A stretch of 64,000 bases of DNA from a bacterium (GTDB taxonomy: Bacteria; UBA8248): the NCBI GenBank assembly GCA_965200245.1, contig CBDATS010000005.1, forward strand, positions 416,001 to 480,000, given 5' to 3'. The notes under the pieces were generated by a model that was given only the letters and a program-made list of their open reading frames with translations, made no database searches and was not told where the DNA came from. This document shows, in pieces, positions 38,608-49,440 of the stretch (positions are counted from its first letter, which is position 1; each line of letters opens with the position of its first letter). The position numbers were made by a program, and so were the translations under genes.

Positions 38608-40141
38608 ATGCTTCGACTTCTCAGGATCACGAACTTCGCCATCATCGACGACCTGGAAATCGCCTTCGGCCCGGGCCTGAATGTCCTGACGGGAGAGACG
38701 GGTGCGGGAAAATCCATCATTTTCGGCGCCTTGAACCTCGCTCTTGGCTCGCGCGCGGGGGGAGACCTCGTTCGCGCAGGCGCGAGGGAGGCGATCATCG
38801 AATCGCTCTTCGAGATACCCGACACCGAAGGCGGCCTCGCAGCCTGCACCCTGCTCGAAGAGGCGGGCGTGGAGGTCGAAGAGGACGGCGAACTCATCGT
38901 GCGCCGCAGAGTCGCTGAAACGGGCAGAAACCGCATCTATCTGAACGGAGTGCTCGCCACGGCGTCCCTGCTCTCTCAAGTGGGCGAGCGCCTCGTCAAC
39001 ATTCACGGCCAGCACGCACAACAAAGCCTCCTGCGCCCGGCCTCTCACCTGGGACTTCTGGACAATTTCGCAGGGACGAACGGGGAGCGAGAGACGCTCG
39101 GAGAACTCGTGCGCGATTTGAAGACCGCCGAGGAAACGTTAAGCGCACACCGTGAAGGCGTGCGCGAGCGCGCCCAGAGAGCAGATCTCCTCCGCTTTCA
39201 GGTTCAGGAACTGGAAAAGGCCACACTGCGCGCTGGCGAACTCGCGGAAATCGAGGCCGAGCTGCCGAGGCTCAGAAACGCGGGCCGCCTGATGGAAGGC
39301 GCCGCCTCGCTGTATCAGCGGCTCTACGAGGCGGAAGGGTCGGTGGTAGAAAAGACGGGCGAAATTCAGCGTGAGTTGGAGGGCATGGCCACTCTGGATG
39401 AATCGCTGGGTCTCATCCTGGAGGAAGCCGCGTCCGCACAGGCCCAACTCGCAAACCTCGCCGACTCGCTTCGCGATTACACGGAAAGAATCGAACACGA
39501 TCCGGAGCGTCTCGAAGCTCTGGAAGCGAGACGCGCGGTGATACGCGAGATGACCAAAAAATACGGCGACGAGGAGGCGGAATGCCTTGATTTTCTGGAA
39601 AAGTGCCGAAGCAGCCTCACCTCGATTTCGGATGAAGAAGGAAACGAGGCGCGCTACGTGGACACACGCGACGCGCTCAGAACCGACCTCGCAAATTCTG
39701 CCCTCGCACTCTCGGAGAAAAGAACAAGCGCCGCCCAAAATCTAGATGCGCGCATGGAAGAAACGCTGGCCGAACTGGGCCTTGCGGGCGCAAGGTTCGA
39801 GACGCTCATCACGCACTGGGAAGATCCTGAAAGCTTCATCCACATCGGCGGGCGGACGGTGGCCGTTCACTCAAACGGGGTCGACCGCGCACAGTTTCAC
39901 TTCTCGCCCAATCCCGGCGAGCCATCAGGTACTCGTCGTCACCCATCTGCCCCAGGTCGCAAGTCTCGGCGACCGCCACTTCCGAGTGAAAAAACACGTT
40001 GCAGGAGATCGCACGCAGACGCGCGTCGAACTTCTCGGCGATGCCGAACGCGTGGAGGAGATCGCCCGCATGGGAACGGGGATCGAAATCACCGACGCCG
40101 CCCGTGAACACGCGCGTGAGATGCTTGAAAAGGCAGAGTAG
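38608..40141 (+). pseudogene. recN: DNA repair protein RecN with an internal deletion and frameshift near 39923
   Basis: GETGAGKS Walker A, IHGQH Q-loop and coiled coil are intact up to FSPNPGEP. The sequence then jumps, in another frame, to HQVLVVTHLPQVA...EEIARM. The SGGE signature and FDE Walker B segment are absent. Confidence 0.88.
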
Positions 40142-40185
40142 CCTCTGCGTCTTCCCTGGCAAGCACCCTTCTGTTTAGTTTGCAA

Positions 40186-40253
40186 TCACTCCCCCTTGAG
40201 GGGAAGTAGCAGAAGCCAAGTGGTTTGTGCGAAGTCTGATGCATGGGGGGTGA
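40186..40253. repeat. REP/MITE-like palindromic element
   Basis: Hairpin ACTCCCCC-TTGA-GGGGAAGT (40188-40207) and an imperfect terminal inverted repeat TCACTCCCCC ... GGGGGGTGA (to 40253). One copy in this window. Confidence 0.45.
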
Positions 40254-40289
40254 ATTTCGACTGAGGAGGGAGGAATGCTTCCAAGCGAT

Positions 40290-40640
40290 GAACAAGAAAC
40301 ATATATTGGCGACCTTGAGAAGAACAGGCACAGGGACAAAAAACAAAAGCCAGGTGGTGGAGCGAAGGGCAATGTTTCTGTCCTCGGCATGAAAGAACGA
40401 GAAGGACGTGTCAAGGCCATTGGCATCGAAGATGGCGAAGGCGAAACTCTCCAGAAATTCGTTTGCGAGAACATCATCCCCGGAACTACTCTCTTCACCG
40501 ATGAGAATCACGGATATGTTCATCTTGATGATGAATACGGGGCGAATACAAGCATGAGTCCGTGAAACATTCGGCAGGGAGTTCATGAAAGGCATAGCCA
40601 ATACGAACGGAGTCGAGGGTGTCTGTGCAGATTTTTGCAC
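40290..40640 (+). mobile_element. IS1595-family (ISXO2-like) transposase remnant
   Basis: Fragments across frames: ETYIGDLEKNRHRDKK, VLGMKEREGRVKA, TLFTDE..GY, KHESVKHSAG, EFMKGIANTNGVEG. Several frameshifts, lower GC. Confidence 0.8.
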
Positions 40641-40694
40641 ATAAATCCCAAATTGTTGCTATGAACTTTTAGCCAAAGACTAAGACGAAACCTC

Positions 40695-41903
40695 TCAGGC
40701 TGGAATTTCATCGCGCGCCGAGAGTGTCGTGACGCCAAGGGAACCCAATGCGTTCGAATACCTGAGGCCCGAGCCCGTGTTCATCAAGACAACGCGCTCA
40801 TCGGGGCGGACGACGCCATCTTTCAGCGCGCGCTTCAAACCCGCAAGTGTCGTGGCTACTTCAGGACACGCCAGAATCCCATCGTAACGAGCCAGGTCCG
40901 AAACGGCCGAGATCGCCCCCTCCTTCCCAATAGCGAAGGCTGCGCCGTTCGTCACGCGAATCAGCCGCAAGACGTGAACGCCTCCGGCGGGGCTAGGCGA
41001 TTTCAGGCCGCCGGGAATGATATCTATCTCTACCCAGGCCTCCACGTGCTCCTCTCCGCGCTCGAAGGCACGGACGATGGGCGCGCATCCTTCGTACTGG
41101 GTCACCACAAGCCTGGGGTCCGGGCCTTCCGCCCAACCCATCTCGCGGAGTTCCGATATCGCCTTGTAGATCGCCACTACCCCCAACCCCCCGCCTGTGG
41201 GATAGAAAATGACATCAGGCAGCCGCCAGCCCAACTGCTCGCAGATTTCCAGACCCATCGTCCTTTTCCCTTCAACGCGGTAGGGTTCGCGCATCGTGTT
41301 CACGTAGTGCCACCCGTGCGCGTGTGCAGCTTCGAACACCATGCGGCCCGATTCGGCCCAGGGACCCCTGAGTTCGAAGGTACGCGCGCCGAACAGGGCA
41401 CACTGGCGCACTGCGCCAGACGGAGCGTCACTGGGCAGAAGCACAGTGCAGGTCACGCCTCCGCGCGCCGTATAGGAGGCCCATGCCACACCCGCATTGC
41501 CCGAACTGTTCAGTGCCACGTGCACAGCCCCTAACTCGCGCACCCGGCTTAACGCCACGCTAGCGCCGCGATCCTTGAATGTACCGGTAGGGTTCACACC
41601 CTCGTTTTTTACCCACAGCGCGTCCAGGTCAAGCGCGCGAGCGAGTCGTTCTGCGCGGTGTAACGGTGTCCAGCCCTCATTCTGCGTGACGGCGTTTTCA
41701 GGCTCCCCAACCGGCAGGAAAGGCGCATAGCGCCATAGCGTCGGCGGGCCTGCGCTTATTTGTTCTCGCGTCACGTCTCTCTTGATTCGCACCATGTCGT
41801 AGCACGCAAACAAACACCCACCGCAGGAGCAGACGTTCACGAGCGTGTCCGCCCCGTGCGTCCTTCCGCAATCCGTGCATATCAAGTGGGACAGGTAGGA
41901 CAT
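40695..41903 (-). CDS. thrC: threonine synthase-like PLP enzyme
   Basis: EGWTPL, KNEGVNPTGTFKDRG, SSGNAG, EPYRVEGKRTMG, YPTGGG, NTGSG. Confidence 0.8.
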   Translation of the reverse strand: MSYLSHLICTDCGRTHGADTLVNVCSCGGCLFACYDMVRIKRDVTREQISAGPPTLWRYAPFLPVGEPENAVTQNEGWTPLHRAERLARALDLDALWVKNEGVNPTGTFKDRGASVALSRVRELGAVHVALNSSGNAGVAWASYTARGGVTCTVLLPSDAPSGAVRQCALFGARTFELRGPWAESGRMVFEAAHAHGWHYVNTMREPYRVEGKRTMGLEICEQLGWRLPDVIFYPTGGGLGVVAIYKAISELREMGWAEGPDPRLVVTQYEGCAPIVRAFERGEEHVEAWVEIDIIPGGLKSPSPAGGVHVLRLIRVTNGAAFAIGKEGAISAVSDLARYDGILACPEVATTLAGLKRALKDGVVRPDERVVLMNTGSGLRYSNALGSLGVTTLSARDEIPA

Positions 41904-41993
41904 GGCGTTCTCAAGTGATTTCCGTCATTCCGACAAATACTGGAATCCAGGGCAGATAAACTTCCTGACCGATGATTTCAGGATTCCCAAGTG

Positions 41994-42290
41994 TCAGGTC
42001 TCAATCAACTTCAACTGGGTGCCGAACTTCACACCAGCGATATCGCAGGCTATTCTGATATATTGTCGCACCTGAACCGTGGAGATGTTAGTTCCTAGCC
42101 ACCATCCATTCCCGAGATCCTTAGAAAATTTTTCAACTAAATCACGCCTACCGGGGTAAAGTTCATTTTGATCTTGCGCCACCAATTTGCGCGTTCGTGC
42201 CCGAGCCACAACTTCATCAGCGAAGCGCACCATGAATCCAGGATTATGACGACCAAACTCGCAAACAATTTCCTCATCTATACCTACGCA
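41994..42290 (-). pseudogene. low-GC remnant, probably the C-terminal domain of a restriction-associated protein
   Basis: Open frame ...NPGFMVRFADEVVARARTRKLVAQDQNELYPGRRDL...GWWLGTNIS...IACDIAGVKFG with no clear start; AT-richer than flanks. Family assignment is from memory only. Confidence 0.35.
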
Positions 42291-42319
42291 AACCCTCCCT
42301 CCCCGGTCGGGTTTGACCC

Positions 42320-44275
42320 TTACTCGTCCTGGTACTGCTGGAGGCTCTGGAGGACGGAAATGTCTTCGAGCGTCGTGGTATCGCCAATCTGGTCCGATCC
42401 CGAAGCGATGTCACGCAGCAGCCTTCGCATTATCTTCCCGCTCCGCGTTTTGGGCAGCGCGTCGGTGAAGCGCATGTAGTCGGGCCTCGCGATGGCGCCG
42501 ATCTCCTTGACCACCCAGTCCTTGAGGTGTTTCTCCAGGGCACTGTTCTTCTTGTTCGCGCCCTTCATGGTGACGAAAGCGGCGATGCACTCGCCCTTGA
42601 TCTCGTGCGGGATGCCCACGCAGGCAGCCTCGGCCACGTCCGGGTTCGCCACGAGCGCGCTTTCAACTTCCATCGTACCGAGGCGATGACCCGAGATGTT
42701 GATGACATCGTCCACGCGGCCCATGATCCACACGTAGCCGTCCTTATCTCTCCGCGCACCGTCGCCCGTGAAGTAACACCCCTTCACGTCGCTCCAGTAT
42801 TGCTTCTTGTAGCGCGCGTCGTCGCCCCAGATGGTGCGCAACATGGAGGGCCATGGCTTCCGCACGACGAGCAGGCCGCCGCCCTCGGGCCCTACCGATA
42901 CGCCGTCTTTCGTCACGATGTCGGGCACGATACCGAAAAACGGAAGCGTGGCGGTGCCGGGTTTGGTGGGCGTGGCACCGGGCAGCGGTGTGATCATGAT
43001 GGAGCCTGTCTCGGTCTGCCACCAGGTGTCCACGATGGGGCAGCGCTCCCCGCCGATAACCTTGTGGTACCACATCCAGGCTTCTGGATTGATGGGCTCG
43101 CCCACAGTGCCGAGAAGGCGCAGGGAAGAGAGGTCCCGTGCCTCTGGGTGATCGTCGCCCCACTTCATGAACGCACGGATGGCGGTGGGGGCAGTGTAGA
43201 AGATGTTGATGCTGTATTTCTCCACGATGTCCCAGAAACGCCCCGGATCGGGGTGGTTGGGTGCTCCCTCGTACATGACCGACGATGCGCCGTTCAGCAG
43301 CGGGCCGTAAACGATGTAGCTGTGGCCCGTCACCCAGCCGATATCCGCCGTACACCAGTAAGTGTCCTCGTCTTTCAAATCGAACACGTATTTCGAAGTG
43401 AGATACGTGCCGCACATATACCCGCCCGTCGTGTGCATGATGCCCTTGGGCTTGCCCGTCGTGCCGCTGGTATAGAGGATGTAGAGAGGGTGCTCGGAAT
43501 CGAGCTTGGAGGCGGGGCATACGGGTGAGGCGTTTTCCATCAAGTCGTGGTACCAGTGGTCGCGGCCCTGCTTCATCGGCACCTCGTTGCCCGTTCGACG
43601 AAGCACGATCATCGTCTTGACGGATTTCGCGCCGTCTACCGCCTCGTCCGCGTTTTTCTTCAGTGGTACGATGTTCCCGCGGCGGAAACCCCCGTCCGCC
43701 GTCAGGACGGCCTTGGCGCGGCAATCGTCGATGCGGTCGCGCAGCGAGTTCGCGCTGAAGCCGGCGAAAACCACACTATGCGGCGCACCGATGCGCGCGC
43801 AGGCGAGCATGGCAATGGCCGCCTCAGGCGTCTGCGGCATATAGATGATGACGCGATCACCCTTTCTGATTCCGACACTTCTCATCGCGTTGGCGAATTT
43901 GCATACCTCGCGGTGAAGTTCCTGATAGGTAAGGATGCGCGAGTCGCCCGGCTCGCCCTCCCAGATGATGGCCGCCTTGTTCTTGCGCCAGGTGGTGAGA
44001 TGGCGGTCGAGACAGTTGTAGGAAATGTTCGTCTCACCACCCACGAACCACTTGGCGTGCGGTTCCTTCCATTCGAGAACTTTCCCCCACTTCTTGAACC
44101 AATGGAAGTTGTTCGCCACTTTCGACCAGAACCTGGCGGGCCTCCTGATGGACTCCTCGTACATCTCCCGGTATTGGGCCATGGACCGGATGTGGGCCTG
44201 TTTCGAAAAATCACGGCTTGGCTTGAACACCCGTTTTTCCTGCAACAAGGTGTCGAACTGTTTTGCGTCGACCAT
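42320..44275 (-). CDS. acs: acetyl-CoA synthetase
   Basis: [46 protein letters not shown]. Confidence 0.97.
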   Translation of the reverse strand: MVDAKQFDTLLQEKRVFKPSRDFSKQAHIRSMAQYREMYEESIRRPARFWSKVANNFHWFKKWGKVLEWKEPHAKWFVGGETNISYNCLDRHLTTWRKNKAAIIWEGEPGDSRILTYQELHREVCKFANAMRSVGIRKGDRVIIYMPQTPEAAIAMLACARIGAPHSVVFAGFSANSLRDRIDDCRAKAVLTADGGFRRGNIVPLKKNADEAVDGAKSVKTMIVLRRTGNEVPMKQGRDHWYHDLMENASPVCPASKLDSEHPLYILYTSGTTGKPKGIMHTTGGYMCGTYLTSKYVFDLKDEDTYWCTADIGWVTGHSYIVYGPLLNGASSVMYEGAPNHPDPGRFWDIVEKYSINIFYTAPTAIRAFMKWGDDHPEARDLSSLRLLGTVGEPINPEAWMWYHKVIGGERCPIVDTWWQTETGSIMITPLPGATPTKPGTATLPFFGIVPDIVTKDGVSVGPEGGGLLVVRKPWPSMLRTIWGDDARYKKQYWSDVKGCYFTGDGARRDKDGYVWIMGRVDDVINISGHRLGTMEVESALVANPDVAEAACVGIPHEIKGECIAAFVTMKGANKKNSALEKHLKDWVVKEIGAIARPDYMRFTDALPKTRSGKIMRRLLRDIASGSDQIGDTTTLEDISVLQSLQQYQDE

Positions 44276-44391
44276 GAGAATACCTCCCGGATGGGTCAGG
44301 TGAGAAAATCATAGCATTAGCGATTTTCCGCTATTGTTGGATATTCACACGGATTTCTCAAGTAGCCGCGCGCGGATTGGGACAGGATGAA

Positions 44392-45018
44392 TCATACGTG
44401 GAGCGCCGCGCGCACCTCCCGTGCCGCTTGGGCGGGGTCTTCGGCTCCGAGGATCGCGCCAATGAGAGCGACACCATGCGCGCCCCGCTCAAGACACAAT
44501 GAAGTGTTCGCAGCCCCCACGCCGCCAAGCGCATAGACAGGTCCGCCCGCGATCTCGCATTCACGCGCGAAGGCATCGAGGCCCATAACGGGGCTGGATG
44601 AGAATTTGCTGTTGGTGGGAAAAACGGGGCTCAGCGTCGCAAAATCAGCGCCTTGGGCAAACGCACACGCTGCTTCAGCACCAGAGTGGGCGGAATAGCC
44701 GACGAAACCGGAATATTCTCCCCCGCGCACGGCCGAGACAGAGGGCGTCCCCTTTCCGAGATGAACGCCCGCCGCGCCCAGAATATTAGCGAGTTCCGGA
44801 TCTCCATTCACGATCAGGCACGCCTCGTACTCAGCCGCGCGGGAGGCAACCTCCCGCCCCAACTCAAGTCTTTCGGTGTGAGATAGATCCTTCTCACGGA
44901 ACTGAACGAAGCGCACACCGCCCGAGAGTGCGGCCTCCAGTGTGCCGAGGAAATCGCCCGATGGAGGCGCGTTCCTGTCCGTTATGAGGTAGAGCGGGTC
45001 GAACAGGGATGGCTCCAA
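44392..45018 (-). CDS. thiE: thiamine-phosphate synthase
   Basis: LYLITD, VQFREK, GVHLG, GYSAH, SPVFPTNSK, YALGG; in the thiSG operon. Confidence 0.85.
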   Translation of the reverse strand: MEPSLFDPLYLITDRNAPPSGDFLGTLEAALSGGVRFVQFREKDLSHTERLELGREVASRAAEYEACLIVNGDPELANILGAAGVHLGKGTPSVSAVRGGEYSGFVGYSAHSGAEAACAFAQGADFATLSPVFPTNSKFSSSPVMGLDAFARECEIAGGPVYALGGVGAANTSLCLERGAHGVALIGAILGAEDPAQAAREVRAALHV

Positions 45019-45038
45019 AATCCTGGCCGGTATCCGCC

Positions 45039-45815
45039 TTAGGACCCGATGACGCCGGTCAGCGGGCTCGACGCTGTGGCGTAGAGCTTCATAGGAATGC
45101 GCCCGGCCTCGTGCGCCAGTCTCCCTGATTCGACGGCTAGGTTCATGGCGCGCGCCATCTTCACCGGATCGTCTGCACCCGCAATGGCCGTCTGCATCAA
45201 GACGGCGGTCGCGCCGAGTTCCATGGCGACTGCTGCGTCCGAAGCCGTGCCCACACCTGCGTCCACGATGACGGGAATCGACATCTGCTCCAGGATGATC
45301 TTGAGGCTGTACGGGTTCCGTATCCCAAGGCCTGAGCCGATCGGCGCGGCGAGCGGCATGACGGCATGGCAGCCGAGTTGTTCGAGTTTTTTGCAGATTA
45401 CAAGATCATCAATGCAGTAGGGCAGGACGATAAATCCGTCGTCCAGCAGAATCCGGCACGCTTCGAGAAGGCCCTCGTTATCCGGGAAAAGCGTGTCCTC
45501 ATCACCGATGACTTCGACCTTCACGAAGTCGGATCCGGTAGCCTCGCGCGCGAGACGCGCCGTCGTCACCGCGCTCTTCACGTCGTAGCAGCCCGCCGTG
45601 TTGGGCAGCATTGTAAATTTGTCCTTGTCGAAATGCGCCCAGAAACCCTCCGAGGACTCATCCGTGAGATCCACACGACGCACGGCGACGGTGACCATCT
45701 CCGTCCCGCTTGCCTCGAGCGCGTCGCGCATCACGGCGAAACTCGGGTATTTTCCGGAACCCACCCAAAGGCGAGAAGTAAACGTCCTGCCCCCAATCTC
45801 ATACGTGCTCATCAC
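45039..45815 (-). CDS. thiG: thiazole synthase
   Basis: [41 protein letters not shown]. Confidence 0.96.
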   Translation of the reverse strand: MMSTYEIGGRTFTSRLWVGSGKYPSFAVMRDALEASGTEMVTVAVRRVDLTDESSEGFWAHFDKDKFTMLPNTAGCYDVKSAVTTARLAREATGSDFVKVEVIGDEDTLFPDNEGLLEACRILLDDGFIVLPYCIDDLVICKKLEQLGCHAVMPLAAPIGSGLGIRNPYSLKIILEQMSIPVIVDAGVGTASDAAVAMELGATAVLMQTAIAGADDPVKMARAMNLAVESGRLAHEAGRIPMKLYATASSPLTGVIGS

Positions 45816-45863
45816 ACCCCCTCCCGGCGCGAGCCAAAAAGCTGCGCCTTTGTGTATTCTGGA

Positions 45864-46064
45864 TCAGCCCCCGCCCACGGCACGGACGATCTCCAGTTCA
45901 TCCCCGTCTGACAATCGAGTGTCCGCGTATTCGCCACGGCGGACGATCTCCATGTTGAGCGCCACGGCGATGCCGTTTACCTCAAGCGACATCGAATCCA
46001 GCAAAGTGGCAACACTCACACCCTCTTCGAGTTCCCTGTCCTCTCCGTTCACCCGGACACGCAA
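45864..46064 (-). CDS. thiS: sulfur carrier protein ThiS
   Basis: 66 aa, VNGE...IAVALN..IVR...[13 protein letters not shown]. Confidence 0.93.
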   Translation of the reverse strand: MRVRVNGEDRELEEGVSVATLLDSMSLEVNGIAVALNMEIVRRGEYADTRLSDGDELEIVRAVGGG

Positions 46065-46093
46065 GAAACCATCTCCTCGGGATACTTTCCATC

Positions 46094-46124
46094 AAAAAGG
46101 CCGCCCCGCAAATCGGGAGCGGCC
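46094..46124 (-). terminator. intrinsic terminator (riboswitch expression platform)
   Basis: Minus strand GGCCGCTCCCG-ATTTG-CGGGGCGGCC followed by TTTTT, between the aptamer and thiS. Confidence 0.85.
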
Positions 46125-46146
46125 ACGAAAATGCGACATCCTCTGG

Positions 46147-46232
46147 CCCGCTTCCCTTCGCTGGCATTACCCAGTGCAGGTTCCAAGGGTTGCCCGACCT
46201 TCCAAGCTCTCAGTGCATACACCTCTAGCAGG
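46147..46232 (-). ncRNA. TPP riboswitch aptamer
   Basis: Minus strand CTGAGA ... ACCCTTGGAACCTG-CACTGGGTAATGCCAGCGAAGGGAAG matches the THI-element core; upstream of thiS-thiG-thiE. Confidence 0.92.
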
Positions 46233-46395
46233 AACTTCCTTGCAAGAGCATATACGGATGCTTGCCCTCTTGCAACGCCCGATGGGATGCGGAGTGTGCA
46301 ATTTGCGCCGTTTTCAGGTATGAATACGAAAAACTACAGGAAATCGACGGTGTTCGACGGACCGTGAGCATATCCATCGACTGAGGAGCACATCC

Positions 46396-47496
46396 ATGAA
46401 AGCAGCCATCTTCCACGAAGTCGGCAAACCGATGACTATTGAATCCATCCAAGTGGAACCACCCAAGGAGGGCGAGGTACTCGTGCACTACCGCGCGGGC
46501 GGCGTGTGCCACAGCGATCACCACGCCATCGCTGGCCTGTTCCCGGTGCCCACGCCCATCATCATGGGGCATGAGGGCGCAGGTGTCGTGGAAGAGGTGG
46601 GGCCGGGCGTGACTTCCGTTAAGCCAGGCGATCACGTGGTAACGGTGTGGCGTTACAGTTGCGGCACTTGTGAACTTTGCCTCTCGAACCGGCCCGCCAT
46701 CTGTGGCGAGGGCATCCGCATGCGGGCCGACGGCACGTTATCGGACGGCACGACGCGCTTTTCCATCAACGGCCAGCAGGTGCACCACTTCCTCGGCGTC
46801 TCGACGTTCAGTTCCCACTCGGTGGTGTCGGAAAAATCGGTGCTCAAGATTCGCGAAGACATGTCGCTCGAAAAAGCGGCGGTGGTGAGTTGCGCCGTCA
46901 TCACGGGCGTGGGCGCGGTGGTGAACGGCGCGAAGGTGGGTCCCGGCGAGAGCGTGGCCGTATTCGGCGCGGGGGGTGTGGGGTTGAACGCTATTCAGGG
47001 CGCGGCCCTCGTGGGGGCGGAGCCCATTATCGCTGTCGATTTGATGCAGAACAAGCTCGAGATGGCGAAAAAATTCGGCGCGACCCACACGGTGAACTCG
47101 TCAGACGAGGACGCGGTGGAGGCCATCCGTTCGCTCACCGACGGCAAGGGGGCGCACTACGCCTTCGAGTTCATCGGCGTACCCGAGGTGATGTCCACGG
47201 CCTTCGCCAGTGTCCGCACAGGCGGTACGGCCGTCATCGTGGGAATAGCGGACGTGAAGTCACAGGTCTCGATTCAGCCCACCTCGCTCGTGACGGAGGA
47301 GAAACGCCTCATCGGCTCGCTGTACGGCTCATCCAACCCGCGCCTGTTCGTACCCCGGCTTATCGACCTCTACATGGCCGGAAAGCTCAACCTCGACGAT
47401 TTGCTCACCAAGGAGTGGCCCATCGAGCAGATCAACGAGGCCTACGACGCGCTACTGAACGGCGAGGTGGCCCGCAGCGTTGTCGTGCACGAGTAG
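46396..47496 (+). CDS. Zn-dependent alcohol dehydrogenase, class III-like
   Basis: GVCHSD, GHEGAG, CGTCELC, CAVITGVGA, GAGGVG, GKLNLDDL. Confidence 0.92.
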   Translation: MKAAIFHEVGKPMTIESIQVEPPKEGEVLVHYRAGGVCHSDHHAIAGLFPVPTPIIMGHEGAGVVEEVGPGVTSVKPGDHVVTVWRYSCGTCELCLSNRPAICGEGIRMRADGTLSDGTTRFSINGQQVHHFLGVSTFSSHSVVSEKSVLKIREDMSLEKAAVVSCAVITGVGAVVNGAKVGPGESVAVFGAGGVGLNAIQGAALVGAEPIIAVDLMQNKLEMAKKFGATHTVNSSDEDAVEAIRSLTDGKGAHYAFEFIGVPEVMSTAFASVRTGGTAVIVGIADVKSQVSIQPTSLVTEEKRLIGSLYGSSNPRLFVPRLIDLYMAGKLNLDDLLTKEWPIEQINEAYDALLNGEVARSVVVHE

Positions 47497-47649
47497 TCAG
47501 AAGCAACTGCTACACACTGTCACGCATCGGGACGGGGAGAAACTCGCCGGGTTATGCTCACGTCGGAATTCGAGGCGACCGTACGTCCAGGAAAGGTTTC
47601 TCCTGTAGGTGCGCTTCCGTTTATACGCCATTCCTCCTGGAAACAAGAT

Positions 47650-47853
47650 TGGGACCTGAAAGTCGAGGTAGAGGCAGGGAAAAACGTCGTCATTGATACA
47701 AGCACACCCGAGGCGTTCGAGGAAGAACACATTCCCGACGTGATCAACATGGCGCGGATCGGATTCCGGGTGAAGGAACTCATGGGTGGGCTCGATTGGT
47801 GGAAGCGCGATGGCTATCCAACGGGCAACACCGCCCGGTCCCTGAAAACCTGA
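47650..47853 (+). pseudogene. rhodanese-like protein remnant with an internal deletion
   Basis: WDLKVEVEAGKNVVID...EEHIPDVIN joined directly to MARIGFRVKELMGGLDWWKRDGYP. No active-site Cys loop and no proper start. Confidence 0.7.
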
Positions 47854-47955
47854 GAAGGCGGCCGACCTTCCCCCCGAAACCCCGGATTGGACACACGCGG
47901 GCGGCTTTTGATATCCTGGTTCTATCCCACCCCGCCTTCCCAAAAAGGATAGCCC

Positions 47956-48585
47956 ATGGCCATCATCGACATCTCCGTTCCTGTAGAAGAAGGGAAAATG
48001 CCCATCTATCCCGGCAATCCGGGGCTCTCGATGCGCTTCCACAAATCCTTCGACGCAGGTGACGATGTCTGCCTCACCGAAGTCCTCTTCGGTGTGCACG
48101 CCGGCACGCACGTGGACGCACCAATGCACTACCTTCATGATGCGGGCGGCATCGAGACACTGAACCTTGAGACCCTCATGGGTCCCACTCGGGTGATCGC
48201 GGTCGAAAACCACGAGTGCATCACTGCGGAAGAACTCGCCACCAAGAACCTGGAAGGCGCTAAGCGCTTCCTCATCAAGACACGAAACTCCGATGAGCAG
48301 TGGTGGACAAAACCGTATCATCCGGATTACTGCCACATGACGCCTGAAGCCGGGCAGCTACTCTACGACCACGGAATGGAGCTTCTCGGCGTGGATTACC
48401 TCGGTGTGGATGCGCCCGACCCGAACGTGCCCGTCCATATGCTTCTGATGCCACTGGGTGTCGTGCTTCTGGAAGGTCTCAATCTGGCGAACACACCCGA
48501 GGGCGATTACGAGCTTATCGCCCTGCCCGCACTCTTCACGGGGAGAGACGGTGCCCCTGCCCGCGCCGTTTTGAGAACTCTCTAG
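47956..48585 (+). CDS. cyclase / kynurenine formamidase (KynB-like) family protein
   Basis: IDISVP, YPGNP, HAGTHVDAP, GVDYL, LEGL, DGAPARA. Confidence 0.9.
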   Translation: MAIIDISVPVEEGKMPIYPGNPGLSMRFHKSFDAGDDVCLTEVLFGVHAGTHVDAPMHYLHDAGGIETLNLETLMGPTRVIAVENHECITAEELATKNLEGAKRFLIKTRNSDEQWWTKPYHPDYCHMTPEAGQLLYDHGMELLGVDYLGVDAPDPNVPVHMLLMPLGVVLLEGLNLANTPEGDYELIALPALFTGRDGAPARAVLRTL

Positions 48586-48660
48586 GCCGCTTGCCTGAGC
48601 GGCAATTTTCAGGAAATACTCCCCCGGCAAACCAAACTTCCAGTATTCGTGAGGAGAGGA

Positions 48661-49440
48661 ATGGATACGTCCAGGGAACAGCGAGAGGCCGTACAGAAAA
48701 TATACAACCAGGATTCGGGCTACTACGTCACCAGCGCACCGCACGCGCGGAGCAGTTCGCTCGCTCGCTCGGCCGAGGTACTGAACCCGAACGGCGGTGT
48801 GCATCTGGACATCGCCACGGGTGCAGGCCACACGGCTTACGAGATGGCGGATAAATGCCTTCACGTCATCGCGAGCGATTTGACCGCTGGCATGCTTGAT
48901 TCCGCCCGCAGGCTGGGAGCGGAGAAGGGCATCGGCAATGTATCTTTCCTGAGAACCGACGCCGAGAACATCGCCATCCAGACAGGCGCGCTCGATTCAG
49001 CCTCGGTACGCATCGCGCCGCACCATTTTCCCGATGTAGAGGCTTCGATGCGTGAGATGTTCCGCGTCCTGAAACCCGGCGGCAGGCTTGTCTACATCGA
49101 CAACATCGCGCCTGAAGAACCCAGGGAACAGGATAGCTACAACGATTTCGAACGTCTGCGCGATCCGAGCCACAACCGTTGCGATAGCCTGCCCGACCTC
49201 GTGGGGATGCTTGAAGCAGCGGGCTTTCGAGTCCTCTATTCGGAAACCTTACGCAAGAAAATGGTGTTCGAAGACTGGGTGCAGCGTCCACACCTGACAG
49301 ATGCGGACAAGGCTGCGCTTCGTGCATATCTCGAAAACGCCTCGCCCACTATCGCCTACTGGCTCGACCCGCGCGAGGAAGACGGGAAATTCGCCTTCGA
49401 CGAGCAGGAAGCCGTTATCCTCGCCGAGCACCCCGCATGA
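48661..49440 (+). CDS. class I SAM-dependent methyltransferase
   Basis: YVTSAPHA, LDIATGAGH, RIAPHHF, RVLKPGG, RDPSH. Confidence 0.88.
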   Translation: MDTSREQREAVQKIYNQDSGYYVTSAPHARSSSLARSAEVLNPNGGVHLDIATGAGHTAYEMADKCLHVIASDLTAGMLDSARRLGAEKGIGNVSFLRTDAENIAIQTGALDSASVRIAPHHFPDVEASMREMFRVLKPGGRLVYIDNIAPEEPREQDSYNDFERLRDPSHNRCDSLPDLVGMLEAAGFRVLYSETLRKKMVFEDWVQRPHLTDADKAALRAYLENASPTIAYWLDPREEDGKFAFDEQEAVILAEHPA

